Counted from the first letter of the stretch, positions 41,639-53,268 are shown. The stretch: 64,000 nt of DNA from Candidatus Omnitrophota bacterium (GCA_023248155.1 JAHFFE010000002.1:256864-320863), one strand, 5' to 3'. Notes: a model not told the origin generated them from the sequence alone. Program-made: numbers and translations.

Positions 41639-42061
41639 ATGATAAAAACTAAAATCAAACGGATATTGATGATGAAAGAGGATCCGCATTTTTTGGCGCT
41701 CTCGCTGGGTGTTGGCATCGCGCTGGGCATCCTGCCGGGCATCGGCGCGATTGTCGCCGGGATACTGGCTCCGTTTCTCGGCTTGAATCTTCCGCTGATG
41801 GTTGCCGGCGCGTTACTGAGCAATCCGATTACCAGTCCTCTGGTCTATGGCGCCAGTTACTGGATCGGCTGCCGTCTCTGTCAGATCACTTTTCTTGAAC
41901 AGTTCAAACTGGCGCAGATTTTGTTGAAAACGCTGGCAGGTAATGTAGTTCTTGCGTTGGCGATGGGCCTGGCCGGTTATTTGTTTTTATTTCTGTTCTT
42001 GCTTTCCATGCGCTCGTTAATCCGCCATCGTCCTCGCCCCGATAGAAAGAAACCACTATGA
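41639..42061 (+). CDS. Hypothetical membrane protein, DUF2062-like
   Basis: The ATG at 41639 gives MIKTKIKRILMMKEDPHFLALSLGVGIALGILPGIGAIVAG…. The track ORF starts at 41594, inside nfeD. Confidence 0.5.
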   Translation: MIKTKIKRILMMKEDPHFLALSLGVGIALGILPGIGAIVAGILAPFLGLNLPLMVAGALLSNPITSPLVYGASYWIGCRLCQITFLEQFKLAQILLKTLAGNVVLALAMGLAGYLFLFLFLLSMRSLIRHRPRPDRKKPL

Positions 42062-42798
42062 CATCGCTATTACTTGTTCTTGACGCCGGCAACACCAGCA
42101 TTACGCTGGGACTCTTCCGCGGTGAAAAATTAATTCGCCGAGGGCATATTCCCACTGCCGGTACTCGTCATGCAAAAGAAATATCGCGGTTTATTTCCGG
42201 CCTGCCGGTGGAAACGGCGATTCTCTCCAGTGTGGTTCCTTCCGCCACGCGGTCGCTCAAAAAAACGTTCCGCGCTCTGTGCATTTCTCTTTTTGTCACC
42301 GGCGAGAATATCAAAATACCGGTCGTCAATAAATACCGTATTCCGTCCCAGGTGGGGCAAGACCGGCTCGTCAATGCGGTGGCCGCCTGCGAGCGGTATG
42401 GCGCGCCGGCCATCATCGCCGATTTTGGCACCGGTCTTACGATCGACCTAGTCTCAGCCCGCCGCGAATATTTAGGCGGCCTGATTATCCCCGGCATTAA
42501 CCTGGCGCTGGAAGCGCTCACGCACCGCGCGGCACTGCTTCCTAAAATAACACTGGCGCCGCCCAAAGAATTTTTAGGCCGCGATACAAAATCCAGCATG
42601 CGCAGCGGCATTTTTTACGGGTATGGCGCGATCTGCGACGGCATCGTTGCCCGGCTCAAAAAGCAGGCTCCGCGGGCCAGGGTAGTCGCCACGGGCGGCC
42701 AGGCCCGGCTCATTAAACCGTTCTGCAAATCAATCCAGATCGTTGACCCCGACCTGACGCTCTACGGCTTGTTCTACACTTACCAAGCATCATTTTGA
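42058..42798 (+). CDS. coaX: Type III pantothenate kinase
   Basis: MTSLLLVLDAGNTSITLGLF… is the CoaX N-terminus, with …ADFGTGLTIDLVS… also present. Confidence 0.85.
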   Translation: MTSLLLVLDAGNTSITLGLFRGEKLIRRGHIPTAGTRHAKEISRFISGLPVETAILSSVVPSATRSLKKTFRALCISLFVTGENIKIPVVNKYRIPSQVGQDRLVNAVAACERYGAPAIIADFGTGLTIDLVSARREYLGGLIIPGINLALEALTHRAALLPKITLAPPKEFLGRDTKSSMRSGIFYGYGAICDGIVARLKKQAPRARVVATGGQARLIKPFCKSIQIVDPDLTLYGLFYTYQASF

Positions 42799-42857
42799 CT
42801 TGATATTTCACTAACCACCAGCCATACTTCCTATATAAGCCGTATTTTTCAACCTGG

Positions 42858-42884
42858 CCGGAACTGTTTTTCCGGTTTTGTTTT
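42858..42884 (+). terminator. Intrinsic terminator after coaX
   Basis: Hairpin ccggaa-ctgttt-ttccgg followed by ttttgtttt. Confidence 0.6.
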
Positions 42885-42921
42885 GGGGGATTTCTAGACT
42901 GTTTTTTAAAGGATAAACAGT

Positions 42922-45900
42922 ATGCTTGAACGCAAAAAATTAAGACACCTTAAAACAATCCTTTGCCTGACGCTGGCCATCGTTATGGCGTTGCCGCCGC
43001 CCTTTCTTTTTGCAGCTTCTTCCAATACAAATCATCTTCGTATGGCCCAGATTCAAGATAGTCGTTCCAACCCCATTCGTACCGGTCTGGAAGAATCTCT
43101 GCGCGGCGCGCTGGAGGAAAATACAGGCGAAAATAGAGCCGAACATCCGGACGTTTCCCTCAACCCGGTTTCTTTCTACATTGAAGCTTTCGGAGAAAGC
43201 ATTAGTGCTGCGAAGAGTTCTCTGGGCGCTCCTACGTCTGTTAGCTGGGCTGGCTTTTTGAGGAATGAACTGCCCTCTGTTGAATGGCAATTTGAACATC
43301 TAATAAGACCTATCCAAAATAACCTCCCCGCTTTTCTGCGTTTTTTGAAATCAAGCGATGCCGTCACTTCTGATTTGTTGGCGGAAGCTCGTTCGGAGAT
43401 CGCGAAGGAAGTGGGGCTGCCTTCCGATCAGATTTTCTTTATCCGGCCAAATGACTATTTGGTGTGGGGTTTGTTTTACGGCCTGAATGATTTCGAAGGA
43501 CCGTCCGGAGAACTGCGGCCCCATTTGGGTACTCGGGGCTTTCATGTGGCTGTTCCCGATGCGTCAGGGCAGCCAGTCAGGCTATTGTTTATTCGAAATG
43601 ATCTGAATGATTTCAATGGATTAGCAACGCTTGCTCACGAAGTGGCGCACTCTCGGCAGGATGTTAACGCTTTGGACTTGTATCATCGGAATGAGTTGGG
43701 GCGCAGTATCATCGAAGGCCTTCAGCAAGATCAGGAATATCAGATTTTATTATCTTTAGCTCAGAGGGAAACCGCTTTTGGACAGAGAGTTGCCCAAGTC
43801 ATTCAGGATGAATTTCGGGAAACCGCCTCTACTAGCGAACAGCGGATTCCCAAGGACCTTTCAATGCAATTGGGATCATTATTGTGGGACATTGATTATC
43901 AACAGGAGCACCTGTTTGTTAGAAGTCTGAGGGACCGGATGGTGGAAGCGGCGGGAGAAGCAGCGGCAGAAGCAGCGCTTCAAGAAGTTTACCAGAGAGG
44001 TAACTTGACCGCGGTTAGCTCAGCGCTTGTTGGATCTTCGCGCTACGAGCTGACGTCGTCTATTCTCGATCAGTTTCGGCAACTGCAGGCGCGTAATGAG
44101 CGGTTCTATCAACATGTTGGATTAAGCCTGGCCTCCCACTTTGGACTTGGTTCCAGGGAATACACGCCGCGTGAAACAGAATTGCTTCTGGAATTTTTTG
44201 AAACATTGGTTGATCTACTGTCGAAGAATATAGCTTTCCAAAAGGAAGAAAACGACCCCTTTTCGCTTTCAGAAGATGTTATTGATCTGGCAGAAGCGTA
44301 TCTGCAAGGGGGAATTTCCAGAGAAGAAGCTCCAGGGAACATCGCTAATCTTTTCGACAACTTTGAACCCGATACCTCTGAATCCGGTTTGGAAGAAGCA
44401 GAGGCGCGGGTTCAGAAGATTCTGCAGATTCTTCGGGAAGGGAATGCAAAAGAAGAGGGAGGGGTTCTGCTTAATCTCGACAGACTTCTTACGCCCGAGC
44501 CCCATCCGGCGTTGGTTCAGCAGGCAAAACTTGTAGTGACAGAGTTCGTCCAAAACTTATCCACAACCGACTTGGATATGAGGCGAGTTTCAGTAAGAGG
44601 GTTACAGCGTCTCATGCCACACGCTGCTTTTCGAGATGCGATGGTTGGAACCGGTCTGGTCCAAGCTGCGATAGAGCATCCGTCCTATCATCTGATGGGC
44701 TATCCTAGCTCAGATTTGACAGGAACCTTGTCTCCGTTAATTCCGGATGAGCGTTTTAGAAATGAGTTCTCTGAGGGAGTTCTTCGATTGCTTCTGCTGA
44801 TGGCCTCTTCCGAAAAATCATTGCTTCGTGATGATGCGAAAAAGCTTCTGTCCGCCATCAGTGCCGACCCAGGGTTTTACCCTGTTTTGGTTGTTCAGAT
44901 TCCAACATTAGTTGACTGGACCATTTACGGTGATCAAAACAACATCTTCTTGCGTAGCGACAGTTATGAGCTCCTTGAGGCCATGGCCAAAGCCGACCAT
45001 CGCCTTTACTGGCCCGAGCTTTTAGCTCAAGTGCCGTATATTCTTGCGGCTCTGCCTCGGAGTCCTGTCTATGCAAGCGATTTGCTTAGAGACATTCTTA
45101 AGCAAATGGATTTAGCTCAAAATCCGGATCTCCAAAATGTATTAATTCGGGGAACCCCCTTACTCATAAAGCTTGCCTACGGTTTTGCCCAATCATCAGT
45201 TGTAAGAGATATTCTTCTCGATTTATCCAGGGCGGATAATCCTTTGTTCGATACGGCTCTTGCTTTGGAAGTGACAGGGCGGTTGTCTAAACTGGGGGAT
45301 TCAAATTTGGAAATTCGGTCTGAAGCCAGCTTTAGTCTGAATCGGATGGTGGGAAAAGGAGATTTTTCTCCGGTGCTGGCGGCTCATATCCCGGAGCTTG
45401 TTTCTCAGCTTAGTTCCCCAGAATGGGATGCCCGTTATCATGCAGGCAAAATTCTCTCTGAAATGGCTCTTAATCCGGCAAGAGTCTTTCATTCAGCATT
45501 GGCGCTGCAGATTCCGAATTTGTTTGAGCCCCTGGGTCATCAAAGCGACGTAGTCGCCGCGGCGACAAACAGCGTAGTCGCCGCTTTTCTGCAGGGCGGG
45601 GTCGCTCCGGGTGTTCTGGCGCTGCATTATTTAGTTCATTTCCCGCAATTGGCGGAACGCGGCGAAGCGCTGCTGCGCGCCCTATATCTCAAGGGGTTTT
45701 ATGCGGCACCGGTCTATGAACAAGCTGCTCGTTCAGTGCTTCAAAGCAATGGTTCAAGCCGTTGGCATGTGGAAAGTAATCAAGGAGGTCTTGTGTTGGT
45801 AGAAAGTTATGGCCGGCCGTTGGACATTCCGGCGGACGAGCGTGTTCCCCTCACTGATCCCGATGGAGATTCTATCGCGGACGCGAAACTGGAAATAGCT

Positions 45901-47436
45901 GAGGAAAATGATGAGTCATCCTACGGCGGCATAGCCGACCAGTTTTACCGAGTGGCGACATTAACTCGCGATGGAGAGAGACAAGGGCTTCTGCTTTATC
46001 AACCGGCACTGACAGCGTGGGAGAGTGCCACTACTCAGCAGAGGCAGCAGAAAGGCGCTGTTTTTGTGGGTATGTCACCGTACGCAGGGCAGGTCTTCTT
46101 CCTGATGCCGTGGGGAGAACTGCTGCAAATATGGGTGAACACCCAGGAGCTTCTGAATGATCAAGACCGCCGCGTTCGAGAAGCGCAAGCTTATTTTAAA
46201 GAACATCAGGATCTTTCGAGGTTAATGACGAATCTGACTGGCAATGACGATGATAAATACTTTATCTTTCAAAGTCTGATCGTAGAAATGCCGTTGGAAG
46301 GGGCATTTCTGGATGAAGAAAGCGGTCTTCCCATGAGTGTGGTAGCGGAGTTGACGTCCAAGGGCGTTGACAGAGAAGAGATAAGGCCCTTTGTGAATCA
46401 TGCCTTGGCGATATGGCTGGAGGAAGTCCAACAGGAAGGCGACCTCCGGTCGCTCTATGAGATGCTCTTTCATCTGATTTACTTCAAGATTTTGCCCGGT
46501 GAAATATCCGGATATCGCGATGTGATTCAGGTTCGACAGGGAGAGTTCAATGGCATGCAGGCAGAACAGATGTTAAACGAAGCCATTGCGCCCGATCTTC
46601 CTCCGGCCATTAGTGCGGGGATCACGAAAGAGGTTGCAGAAGGTGGCAGCGTTGGGCTTCGGCGTGGGGGTGTCTTCGATGTCCACGCCAAAACCACCTG
46701 GCAACTTTTGGCTGATTTAGAGACACGCGGCCGTGTCCAGACTCCGACAGCGCCCTCCCTCTCGTTGGGAGAAGAAGGGTGGACTCTTAAACTGCTGGGA
46801 GAACTTCAAAAAGGAACAATAGGTATTTATCTCAACAGCGATGCCCAGCCCTTGTCGCCAGATCGGTTTGGCGATGAATTTCCGGATGGAATCAGCCATC
46901 TTGTGATTAAGCCTGTGCCTTCTTCCGGCATGGAGGAAGAAACTGTTACCGTTACGCAAAATGGGCCGGTCATTACCACCACGGCCACGGCGCTGCGCAT
47001 CGAATGGAACAATTTCCCCAGGGTCACTATTTCTTCGACGATAACCGAGCCTAAGCGCGTATTGATTGTAACGCCGGATGGTTTAACCAAACTTTCGTTG
47101 GCGGCGGTCTTTGCCGGCCCCGACGGGAAGAGCCCGTTGATCATCGAAGCGCTGGCAGTCGATGATGCGCAGAAAGGTCGCGTCGAATCGGCTTTGCGCG
47201 AATTGGGTTTGACCAATATCCGCGTCCATAGCGTTAAATCAGAGTTTGGCGGGAATACCGGCGAGGGGATCGCTACTCTTGAGATGTTGCACTGGCAGCA
47301 GAACCAGCAAACTCTTGTAGTCACCGCTCTCACCGAGCTGGCAGATATTGCGCAGTTCCTGGGTGTTCCCGGCGCGGAATTGGAACTCTTTGGTGTTGAA
47401 GCGGCTGCCCAGAATAGCCAGTCGGTTTGGTCGTAA
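42922..47436 (+). CDS. Giant (1504 aa) secreted hypothetical protein with HEXXH motif and HEAT-like repeats
   Basis: N-terminal signal peptide MLERKKLRHLKTILCLTLAIVMALPPPFLFAASS. LATLAHEVAHSRQD motif near residue 240. Repeated helical HEAT/PBS-lyase-like units (…SPEWDARYHAGKILSEMA…). RBS aagga upstream. GC is clearly below that of neighbouring genes. Confidence 0.7.
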   Translation: MLERKKLRHLKTILCLTLAIVMALPPPFLFAASSNTNHLRMAQIQDSRSNPIRTGLEESLRGALEENTGENRAEHPDVSLNPVSFYIEAFGESISAAKSSLGAPTSVSWAGFLRNELPSVEWQFEHLIRPIQNNLPAFLRFLKSSDAVTSDLLAEARSEIAKEVGLPSDQIFFIRPNDYLVWGLFYGLNDFEGPSGELRPHLGTRGFHVAVPDASGQPVRLLFIRNDLNDFNGLATLAHEVAHSRQDVNALDLYHRNELGRSIIEGLQQDQEYQILLSLAQRETAFGQRVAQVIQDEFRETASTSEQRIPKDLSMQLGSLLWDIDYQQEHLFVRSLRDRMVEAAGEAAAEAALQEVYQRGNLTAVSSALVGSSRYELTSSILDQFRQLQARNERFYQHVGLSLASHFGLGSREYTPRETELLLEFFETLVDLLSKNIAFQKEENDPFSLSEDVIDLAEAYLQGGISREEAPGNIANLFDNFEPDTSESGLEEAEARVQKILQILREGNAKEEGGVLLNLDRLLTPEPHPALVQQAKLVVTEFVQNLSTTDLDMRRVSVRGLQRLMPHAAFRDAMVGTGLVQAAIEHPSYHLMGYPSSDLTGTLSPLIPDERFRNEFSEGVLRLLLLMASSEKSLLRDDAKKLLSAISADPGFYPVLVVQIPTLVDWTIYGDQNNIFLRSDSYELLEAMAKADHRLYWPELLAQVPYILAALPRSPVYASDLLRDILKQMDLAQNPDLQNVLIRGTPLLIKLAYGFAQSSVVRDILLDLSRADNPLFDTALALEVTGRLSKLGDSNLEIRSEASFSLNRMVGKGDFSPVLAAHIPELVSQLSSPEWDARYHAGKILSEMALNPARVFHSALALQIPNLFEPLGHQSDVVAAATNSVVAAFLQGGVAPGVLALHYLVHFPQLAERGEALLRALYLKGFYAAPVYEQAARSVLQSNGSSRWHVESNQGGLVLVESYGRPLDIPADERVPLTDPDGDSIADAKLEIAEENDESSYGGIADQFYRVATLTRDGERQGLLLYQPALTAWESATTQQRQQKGAVFVGMSPYAGQVFFLMPWGELLQIWVNTQELLNDQDRRVREAQAYFKEHQDLSRLMTNLTGNDDDKYFIFQSLIVEMPLEGAFLDEESGLPMSVVAELTSKGVDREEIRPFVNHALAIWLEEVQQEGDLRSLYEMLFHLIYFKILPGEISGYRDVIQVRQGEFNGMQAEQMLNEAIAPDLPPAISAGITKEVAEGGSVGLRRGGVFDVHAKTTWQLLADLETRGRVQTPTAPSLSLGEEGWTLKLLGELQKGTIGIYLNSDAQPLSPDRFGDEFPDGISHLVIKPVPSSGMEEETVTVTQNGPVITTTATALRIEWNNFPRVTISSTITEPKRVLIVTPDGLTKLSLAAVFAGPDGKSPLIIEALAVDDAQKGRVESALRELGLTNIRVHSVKSEFGGNTGEGIATLEMLHWQQNQQTLVVTALTELADIAQFLGVPGAELELFGVEAAAQNSQSVWS

Positions 47437-47468
47437 AAAAGAAACGGTCAGGGATTATAATAACGTTC

Positions 47469-49643
47469 ATGCGTTGTTTTAAGAAATTCTCTCCGCTGTT
47501 ACTAACATTCCTTATCGTAACTTCCGGTTGTTCTAAGCCGAAGGAACCCCCGCAGTCATTTTTCTCCGAAATGGATCATCTGTCTGAAACGGGCAATTAC
47601 ACCCAGCTGGTCAAAGCGGCGCAGACGATGGCAAAAAAACATCCCGATTCCGGCCGTCTGCAGCGCATTATAGGAAACGCCGAATTCTCCCAAACTCATT
47701 TTTCCGAAGCGGCCGATGCGTTGCAATCGGCGGTTGATCGCGGGTATGGCGGCGCTGAAACGCGCCGGATGCTGGGTCTCTCTTATTTTTATACCGGCGA
47801 TTTCGACGAAGCGGCCGCGCAATTAGAAGCGGTCTTGCGTCAGCAATCGCTGGACACCGAGGCGATGCGGCATCTGGGCTATCTCTATTATTACCTTGGC
47901 CAGGGCGCGAAAGCGGTGGCGGTGTTCGAAAAGCTCCGAGATGAAAACCCGCAAGACCTCGAATCGCTGATCGCGCTTGATGGATTATTGGCGCTCACTA
48001 AAAAATGGCAGGCCGCGCAAATGATCTGGTATTCCGAGCCGTCGTCAGGCTTGCAATTTTGTTATCCGGGCGGCTGGCTGCGCGAAGACAAAGAAAAATT
48101 AATTTCATCGGGCAAAACAATTTCCCGCTTGTTTTACCAGCCGCTGGTTTCTTCGGGCGGCCGCTTTTCAGGCATCTCGATGATGCTGGTCTCGGTCGAT
48201 AATGCCCGCCATGTTCCCTCTGAAAATCTTTTGAAAGGCCCCTGGCGGATGAGTGGCCAAACAGCCGAAGGTGAAAATATTTACTCCAATCTCTCGGGCA
48301 ACGCGGATTCTCCAAAGACTCAGGCGGTTTCGCGCGAGCCGGAAGAAATCACCCGCTGGCTCAGCCGGCAGGGGACCCGCATGATATCCAGCAGTTATAA
48401 TCTGGCATTCAAAGAGAGAAAAATTTCTTCGTGGGTCGGCGTGCGCGGCCAGGCCCGATATTGTCTTGGAGAAGAATTGGGTGAAGACGAGTCCGGCCGC
48501 CTGATTTACGGAAACAGCGCCGGCATTTACGATCCCGGCGCCGATCACTTTTTTCTGCTGATGGTGTATGGGCCGTCCGACAGAAAAGAAGACACGGCCG
48601 CTCTGTTTCGCGCGGTTTTTCAGACGGCGTTGTTTGGCGGGGTGGCCGGCATTCCGCCGGCGCCGGGTGAATGGCTGCCTGAAAAAGAGTATATCGCCCG
48701 CACCCAGGGTTTCCTGCAGAACGACGCTTCCGCCCGCGCGCTCACCGAGGCCAAAGAGGGAATAAAAGCCTATCCCAATTCCGGCGAAATGTTTTTCTGG
48801 GCCGGCAAATCGCACGCCGCTCTCTGGGATATGGAAGAAGCCGCCAAGGCCTACGAGCAGGCGAAAGAAAAAGGGTTTTCTTCCGCCGAATTGGAATTCG
48901 CGCTGGGCCAGTCGCGGTTGATGCTGGGCCAGTATGCCGAAGCCGAGAAAGCGTTTCTTCGCGGGTTGCAAATCGATTCGGCCAATGTTGAGGTGTTGAT
49001 GGGGCTTGCCAAAACCAGCTTCTGGCAAAACCAGATGGACCGGTCGATTGAACTATTTGAAAAAATCCCGAAAGATTCCGCCCGATTTGAAGAAGCCGCT
49101 TATTATGCCGGCGCGGTTCGCGCGCTGCAGGGGATCCCGGGCCCGGTGCAGTGGTACTCGTCTCAAAACGGAAGTTCTTTTTGTTATCCCGCCAACTGGG
49201 AGGCGCATGAATCAACCGAGCCGGACGGAAAGAATCAAATCATTTTTTACGACCGTTCCTGGTACCAGGCAGGCAGTCTTCCGGAAAGTATCCTTTTATA
49301 CGAGTGGCAGGACAGCGCTTCTCATCGCACCCAGAAAATCCGCGTAAAATCTCCGCCCGAGCAGATCCTCAACGAATTTTTCACCGACTATTGGGAAAAA
49401 CTGCCCGATCCGCTCAAAACCATTAAGTCGGTCAGCCCCATATTAAGGAAGGGCAGCGACCGTTTCTTGTGGGCCGAAGGTTCCTATACCGAAAACTCAA
49501 TCCGTAAAACCGTCCGCTGGCTGGCCTGCTACAATCCCGAAAAAGACCGCCTCCATCTGCTTGAATTTCATTCCGCCGGAACTTCTCTCGGCAAATGGTC
49601 GCTTTTTGCCGATGTCTGCCTGAATACCGCCCATTTCGAATAA
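47469..49643 (+). CDS. TPR-repeat lipoprotein with internal two-module duplication
   Basis: The ATG at 47469 gives MRCFKKFSPLLLTFLIVTSGCSKP, a lipobox. Two TPR blocks are each followed by a similar W-Y-S-x6-F-C-Y-P-x2-W module. Confidence 0.7.
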   Translation: MRCFKKFSPLLLTFLIVTSGCSKPKEPPQSFFSEMDHLSETGNYTQLVKAAQTMAKKHPDSGRLQRIIGNAEFSQTHFSEAADALQSAVDRGYGGAETRRMLGLSYFYTGDFDEAAAQLEAVLRQQSLDTEAMRHLGYLYYYLGQGAKAVAVFEKLRDENPQDLESLIALDGLLALTKKWQAAQMIWYSEPSSGLQFCYPGGWLREDKEKLISSGKTISRLFYQPLVSSGGRFSGISMMLVSVDNARHVPSENLLKGPWRMSGQTAEGENIYSNLSGNADSPKTQAVSREPEEITRWLSRQGTRMISSSYNLAFKERKISSWVGVRGQARYCLGEELGEDESGRLIYGNSAGIYDPGADHFFLLMVYGPSDRKEDTAALFRAVFQTALFGGVAGIPPAPGEWLPEKEYIARTQGFLQNDASARALTEAKEGIKAYPNSGEMFFWAGKSHAALWDMEEAAKAYEQAKEKGFSSAELEFALGQSRLMLGQYAEAEKAFLRGLQIDSANVEVLMGLAKTSFWQNQMDRSIELFEKIPKDSARFEEAAYYAGAVRALQGIPGPVQWYSSQNGSSFCYPANWEAHESTEPDGKNQIIFYDRSWYQAGSLPESILLYEWQDSASHRTQKIRVKSPPEQILNEFFTDYWEKLPDPLKTIKSVSPILRKGSDRFLWAEGSYTENSIRKTVRWLACYNPEKDRLHLLEFHSAGTSLGKWSLFADVCLNTAHFE

Positions 49644-49646
49644 TAG

Positions 49647-49674
49647 TTGACAACCAGTTCCCGCGTGGTACTAT
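49647..49674 (+). promoter_or_regulatory. Sigma70-type promoter of the groES-groEL-groES operon
   Basis: TTGACA (49647-49652), a 16-nt spacer, then TACTAT (49669-49674). Located ~70 nt upstream of groES and immediately before the CIRCE-like element. Confidence 0.5.
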
Positions 49675-49684
49675 ATCCCTGCGA

Positions 49685-49711
49685 TTAGCACTCTGCACCA
49701 GAGACCGCTAA
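49685..49711 (+). promoter_or_regulatory. CIRCE-like (HrcA operator) inverted repeat
   Basis: TTAGCACTC-N9-GACCGCTAA, compared with the consensus TTAGCACTC-N9-GAGTGCTAA. The left half is perfect and the right half matches 7 of 9. Confidence 0.55.
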
Positions 49712-49743
49712 TAAGTACTGCATAAATCAACCGAGGAGATGTA

Positions 49744-50043
49744 ATGGCGATTCAACCGTTGAATGACCGTATTTTAATCAAGCTGGAAGATCAGGAAGAC
49801 AAATCATCCGGCGGCATTATTTTGCCGGACTCCGCCCAGGAGAAACCGCATATGGGCAAGGTGGTTTCGGTAGGCAAGGGCAAAGTTTTGGAAGACGGCA
49901 CCGTCCGTCCGCTGGAAGTTAAAACGGGCGATACCATTTTGTTCGGCCGCTACACCGGAACCGAAGTTGTCTTCGACGACAAGGAATATACGATCCTCCG
50001 CGAAGACGATGTTCTGGCTATTGTCAGAGAACACCGTAAGTAA
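49744..50043 (+). CDS. groES: Co-chaperonin GroES (copy 1)
   Basis: [35 protein letters not shown]…, a 99-aa Cpn10. RBS gaggag. Confidence 0.9.
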   Translation: MAIQPLNDRILIKLEDQEDKSSGGIILPDSAQEKPHMGKVVSVGKGKVLEDGTVRPLEVKTGDTILFGRYTGTEVVFDDKEYTILREDDVLAIVREHRK

Positions 50044-50066
50044 TTACCCCACTATTAAAGGAGTAA

Positions 50067-51713
<1,647 letters not shown>

Positions 51714-51716
51714 TCC

Positions 51717-52007
51717 ATGATGAATCTAAAGCCTCTCGGCGATAAAGTAATCGTGGAAGTGCTCGGCTCGGCCGAAAAGACCAAGAGCGGACTCTACCTG
51801 CCGGATACCGCGCAGGAAAAACCGCAGGAGGCCAAGGTATTAGCGGTCGGTTCAGGGCGCGTTCTGCCCAACGGCAAAGTGGTTCCGCCGGATCTCAAGG
51901 CGGGCGACATTGTTCTGTTCGGCAAGTACTCCGGCAACGAGGTCACACTCGACGGCAAGGAGTATTTGATCATCGGTCAGGACGATGTTTTGGCTGTTAT
52001 CAAGTGA
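51717..52007 (+). CDS. Second Cpn10/GroES paralog downstream of groEL
   Basis: MMNLKPLGDKVIVEVLGSAEKTKSGLYLPDTAQEKPQEAKVLAVGSGRVL… is a full-length Cpn10 fold sequence. Start is 4 nt after the groEL stop. Confidence 0.85.
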   Translation: MMNLKPLGDKVIVEVLGSAEKTKSGLYLPDTAQEKPQEAKVLAVGSGRVLPNGKVVPPDLKAGDIVLFGKYSGNEVTLDGKEYLIIGQDDVLAVIK

Positions 52008-52015
52008 AATAGATA

Positions 52016-52047
52016 GTCATCCCCGAATCGTTTTTGTCGGGGATCTA
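52016..52047 (+). repeat. Hairpin repeat R, copy 1 (gtcATCCCCGAatcgtttttgTCGGGGATct)
   Basis: An 8-bp stem ATCCCCGA/TCGGGGAT with a 10-nt loop. A near-identical copy lies at 58035-58067, matching at 29 of 32 positions. Confidence 0.7.
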
Positions 52048-52061
52048 AAATCGTAAACAGT

Positions 52062-52093
52062 CGGCCGGGGAAAACTCCCGGCCGTTTTGTTTT
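52062..52093 (+). terminator. Intrinsic terminator of the groESL operon
   Basis: Hairpin cggccggg-gaaaact-cccggccg followed by ttttgtttt. Confidence 0.75.
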
Positions 52094-52119
52094 GAGGGAG
52101 AGTTAAAACTAAAAATCTC

Positions 52120-53268
52120 ATGAGGACTGGAAGAAACGACCCGTGTCTATGTGGCAGCGGAAAAAAATACAAGAAATGTTGTCTTGAGCGAATCTCTGTG
52201 CCGACTGTTCCTATTGAGATTTTAATGGAGTTAAGGGATCGTGAGCAAAAGTTGCGAACATGGAAACAGCAATATGGAGATGTTCGCCCTCCGATAGCGT
52301 TTGATTTTAAAGGAAAAAAACTTGTTGTATCAGGCAGTCGGGTGCATTACGCAAATGTTGATCAGTGGAGATTTATACCAGATTTTTTGATGAATTATTT
52401 ACCTGTGACTCTGGGAAAAGAATGGGGAGATGCAGAATTAAAGAAACCATTCCAAGAACAGCACCCGATTGTCCAATGGCGGACCAAAACCCTGGAATAT
52501 ATGGGAAAACAAAAAAAAGAAGAAAACGGTTCTTACTCTGCTGTTGCCAGTGGATTTATGGCTGCATTCTTATCGCTCGCTTGGGATATTTATGTAGTCC
52601 AAGACAATGGTCGATTAGATAGTTCTTTATTAGAGCGATTAAAACACAAGGAGCAATTTCAAGGTGCTCGTCACGAGTTGTTTGCTGAAGCTACCTGTCT
52701 TCGTGCAGGCTATTCTATTGTTCATGAAAACGAGAAAGATGGTAGAACAAGGCACGCTGAATTCAGCGCAACACATAAAGAAACCGGTCAAAAAATCTCT
52801 GTTGAAGCAAAAAGCAGGCATCGTCCAGGAGTGCTTGGATATCCAGGTGTGCCAAAAGCGGAAGACAAAATGAGTTTAAGATTTGGTCAGCTTCTTAACG
52901 ATGCTATTAATAAACAGCCGCCTTACCCGCTCGTTGTTTTTATAGACACTAATCTTCCCGCCAGTATTGCCGACAGAGTGTATGCCCCGGCCTCCATCAA
53001 TCCGTTTAGTCCGTCACGAGTCATAAATCAATTATTAGAGCAAACAAACAAAAATCATGGGGGCACAGATCCCTGCAACCTCGTAGTATTTACAAATCAT
53101 CCGCATCATTACAGCAAGGATGAGGAGTTAGATCCGAAAAGTCACAATTTGTCGATCATGGCTCAAATTCCTCAGAAAAAACCAACACATCCGCTCAGTA
53201 TATTGAAAATTCATGAGGCCGCTTGTCTTTATGGGTGTGTTCCAAATGAATTTCCACAGATAAAATAA
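52120..53268 (+). CDS. SEC-C metal-binding-motif protein, possible PD-(D/E)xK-like core (AT-rich islet)
   Basis: N-terminus MRTGRNDPCLCGSGKKYKKCC is a SEC-C zinc-binding motif. The central region …HAEFSATHKETGQKISVEAKS… fits the hhE-x15-ExK pattern of restriction-endonuclease-like folds (speculative). GC is ~43%. Confidence 0.65.
   Translation: MRTGRNDPCLCGSGKKYKKCCLERISVPTVPIEILMELRDREQKLRTWKQQYGDVRPPIAFDFKGKKLVVSGSRVHYANVDQWRFIPDFLMNYLPVTLGKEWGDAELKKPFQEQHPIVQWRTKTLEYMGKQKKEENGSYSAVASGFMAAFLSLAWDIYVVQDNGRLDSSLLERLKHKEQFQGARHELFAEATCLRAGYSIVHENEKDGRTRHAEFSATHKETGQKISVEAKSRHRPGVLGYPGVPKAEDKMSLRFGQLLNDAINKQPPYPLVVFIDTNLPASIADRVYAPASINPFSPSRVINQLLEQTNKNHGGTDPCNLVVFTNHPHHYSKDEELDPKSHNLSIMAQIPQKKPTHPLSILKIHEAACLYGCVPNEFPQIK

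Noticed and set aside
40312-42061. Expectation of a stomatin/SPFH partner gene next to nfeD.
   Set aside because: The downstream gene is a DUF2062-like small membrane protein without an SPFH domain. No operon partner is claimed.
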